The translations under genes and the position numbers were made by a program. The notes beneath the pieces were generated by a model. It was not told the origin of the DNA. It did not search any database and saw only the letters and a list, made by a program, of their open reading frames with translations. Shown piece after piece: positions 61,240 to 64,000 of a stretch of 64,000 bases of DNA. Within the stretch, counting starts at the first letter, position 1, and each line of letters begins with the position of its first letter. The DNA lies in assembly GCA_951406725.2 (NCBI GenBank), contig OX597831.1:7006001-7070000 (forward strand), given 5' to 3'. This DNA comes from Octopus vulgaris. Lineage: Eukaryota.

Positions 61240-64000
61240 ATTGGCAAATATCTTAATTACACTTTTATCAGCCGTTATATATTATGTTGATTGGTTTATA
61301 TTAATGAAAGTTTATGTAAGCTACTTACAGAAATATCTTGTATAATGTCTGCTATCCACCAAATATATCGATTCTTGGCAATATCAAAACACAAGTGTTC
61401 TATTTCCATAAAGGCAATGGCCATACAATATTCATCTCCTCACAAATACTTGTTTGGTCTCTGAATAACAGCTTCCAGACCATCACACTTTCCAAATAGT
61501 TTACAAAAGCATTAAAATAACTGCAGATCTCTAATCTTTCGCTGCCCCCAAAAATCATTTTCACAACAATTATACACAAAACTGCAAAACTTGAAATGAG
61601 ATATTTTTTTGTTTAAATCACCACAATAGATGCTAATCTGATGCTCATATCATCTCCGTTAAATATATATTTCAGTGTAACACTTCCCCCACCCCACCCT
61701 CGTTATCACTTCCTTTCTGCATCTCCTCTCTACTGTGTTGGTCTCCATCATTAACACCTCCCTTATTTGCTATCACCTGCAATGCCCTCACATATCCACC
61801 ACAACTCCTGTCCCCTTCCCCCAAGCCTCTACTATAGTTCTATCCACCATTTGTTAGCCACCTCTTTCCTACCCATTCACCCAGTCCAAACCTCTCTCTC
61901 ACTCCCCAATGCCCTTCAAGGGCTTGTCCCTGACACATCTTTGCCAGCATCCTTACCACTATTGCTCCCCTGCTGACTCTACAGCAAGGCCTTCATCTCT
62001 GTCCCTTCTAAACCTTTAATCTCTCAACTGGCACAAAGCCACACTTCCTAAATACTACTCCCTTCTCCCCCAATCGAAGGGTTTTTGTCTTGCATGGTAC
62101 TTGGGGACCCTGTTGGTGCTGGTGCCATATAAAAAGCACCCAGTACACTCTGTGAAGTGGTTGGCATTAAGAAAGGACAACCAACTCTAGAAGACCAGCT
62201 CCAGTCAAACTGTCCAACCCATGACAGCATGGAAAACAGACGTCAAATGGTGATGATGATGATGATGATTACTTAACCTTCTCTTCTTTAGTCCAGAAGG
62301 ATTCCTATACGTCTTTCCTGTTGCTCTTCTTTCTCATATCAAAATATCATTCCATATACAGATGCTTTAAATGTTACAATAAATGCCTTACCCACCACCA
62401 TTCCACAAACCTCTGACCCACAGCTGAGCTATGTTATTCTAGAAACAGATAGCTTAAATGCTATTCTATTGTGATGCTGGTGCATGGAAACAGCCATTTT
62501 GCCAACCCAATACAATCGAATTGACAGACACCACAGAGTAAAATATATATTATTGCTTTATTGTAATAAAGTGTTTTATGCATAATTTTAGCGGTTGCTG
62601 GCCTTTCATCAAACTGCTATAGTTCAAACCATTCTATGACAATAGCAGAGCTTCAGACTGGATAATATCCAATGAAATTACTGCCACACACTATGACAAA
62701 GCTAATGACAAAGTCAATTAAGCAAAAATAGACATTAATTAATAGATGGAAACTGTTTTGAGAATGTTTACAGAAGAAGAGCCATTTTGGCAGCTTCGTA
62801 GAGAGACCCTTGCAGAGTGGGGCAGAAAGATAAGTGAGGGAGGTGAAATTGTTTAATTTACACTGACAGCAACAAGGTGCTTCTGAGAAAAGAGTCTAGT
62901 AAGACATCCGAGAGTAAAACACAAGTGATACAAGTACTTTTTGTTTAGATGTTGTTGTGTATAGTCAACATGTTCAAAGAAGCCGTGATTATTGGAGAGG
63001 CAATGGAAGAAACTCTATTTTCCCTGTTATATCTGTCTATATTCTATTGCAATGGGTAGACAAAATGGCTGTTTTCAGAAGCCACCATAATGGAATAACA
63101 TTTAAGGCATCTAGCTCAGTTGTAGGTCAATGGTTGTAGAATATTGAAGATTTTATAGTGAGGCCTATTTACACTTTGTATAAAGTTGATAGGTGCTCAG
63201 CTTAATAAATACTTATACCATATCCAATGTCTCTGGTTGTAAACTTAATCTATTTTTGACTACCAACCTGTTTCATTTGGTGCCTTGGCTTAATCTGTTT
63301 CATTTGGTGCCTTGACAGCTTTTGCAGAGGAGTCCACTCTTACTGCAATCCGTCAGGTTACGTCTCTAATTAGAAATTAACCAAGCATTCAGATATTTTG
63401 CTTTGTACAATTGTAACCCATAATTCATGGTTTTGCAGAGTCTCCAGTATCCGATGCTATTGTTCTCCATTTGGCCAAAACATGAGCAAAACAGAAGAAT
63501 CCAAGATTCCCATTTCTATTATCTAAATTTAATGCAATTGGACACTTCCTTCTTTTCTACTGCAATCTAATTTTGTTAAGTAATAATTAGTTTATTGTAT
63601 TTTACAATCAGTTCTCAGAGGTATCCAACAAACTGCAGCTCACCTAATGATTTAATATTTTTCTATAGCTAAGCATTATTTTCCCCTCTGTTCCTCACAT
63701 TTTATTTTTCTTCTTTCTCTCATGCATTTTCAATTTGTTATCTCTTTCATTCACCTCTCACAGTCATTTTCATTTAATGATCTTTGTCTTTTCTTAATTC
63801 TTTAAGAACATTAATTGAAATTTAAATATACTGGGGTTAGATGTCACAGGTTAACAAACACTTACCGAGAAGACAGAGGGAATGCTAGAAAGCAAAATTT
63901 CAAGAGTTTTTTAGAGTTACAGATTCATCTCTGCTCCTCTCCTGCTCCATTTAAAACAACTATAACACCTTAATATTAAAACACCAAAAAGCTTTCAAAG

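Noticed and set aside
63866-63950. Minus-strand ATG and strong CG|gtaagt donor at 63865
   Set aside because: The ATG frame stops after 16 codons. It may be a non-coding 5' exon of the BCH gene, but its start cannot be defined, so it is not called as CDS.

Overview
This is AT-rich, repeat-dense animal genomic DNA. The SINE, Helitron and Penelope families look like those of Octopus (coleoid cephalopod), an inference from remembered repeat motifs and not from a search. Two convergent spliced genes can be rebuilt by hand with consistent exon phases. (1) A TMEM232-like gene on the + strand has 11 coding exons from 1097 to a stop at 25540. Its 5' end lies outside the window or was not found, one intron is GC-AG, and one acceptor is uncertain. 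(2) A BNIP2/ATCAY(caytaxin)/PRUNE2-like BCH (CRAL-TRIO_2) domain gene on the - strand runs from about 59.5 kb to 33.8 kb. It has two alternative C-termini and a probable ~6 kb 3'UTR. The introns carry several tRNA-SINE families, CR1, RTE and Hero-like LINE relics, a near full-length decayed Chapaev3-like DNA transposon, a Merlin-like MITE, non-autonomous Helitrons and a mariner relic. The most notable unannotated structures are three short retroelements with minimal hammerhead-ribozyme motifs (one fused to a tRNA/Pol III head), a 5S-rRNA-headed SINE-like chimera, a 78-bp loopless palindrome that starts with a let-7 seed, and exons that begin with a 5' splice-site motif (recursive-splicing configuration). 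Most ORFs in the supplied track are artefacts of repeats. Repeat boundaries are approximate unless TSDs or TIRs are quoted.
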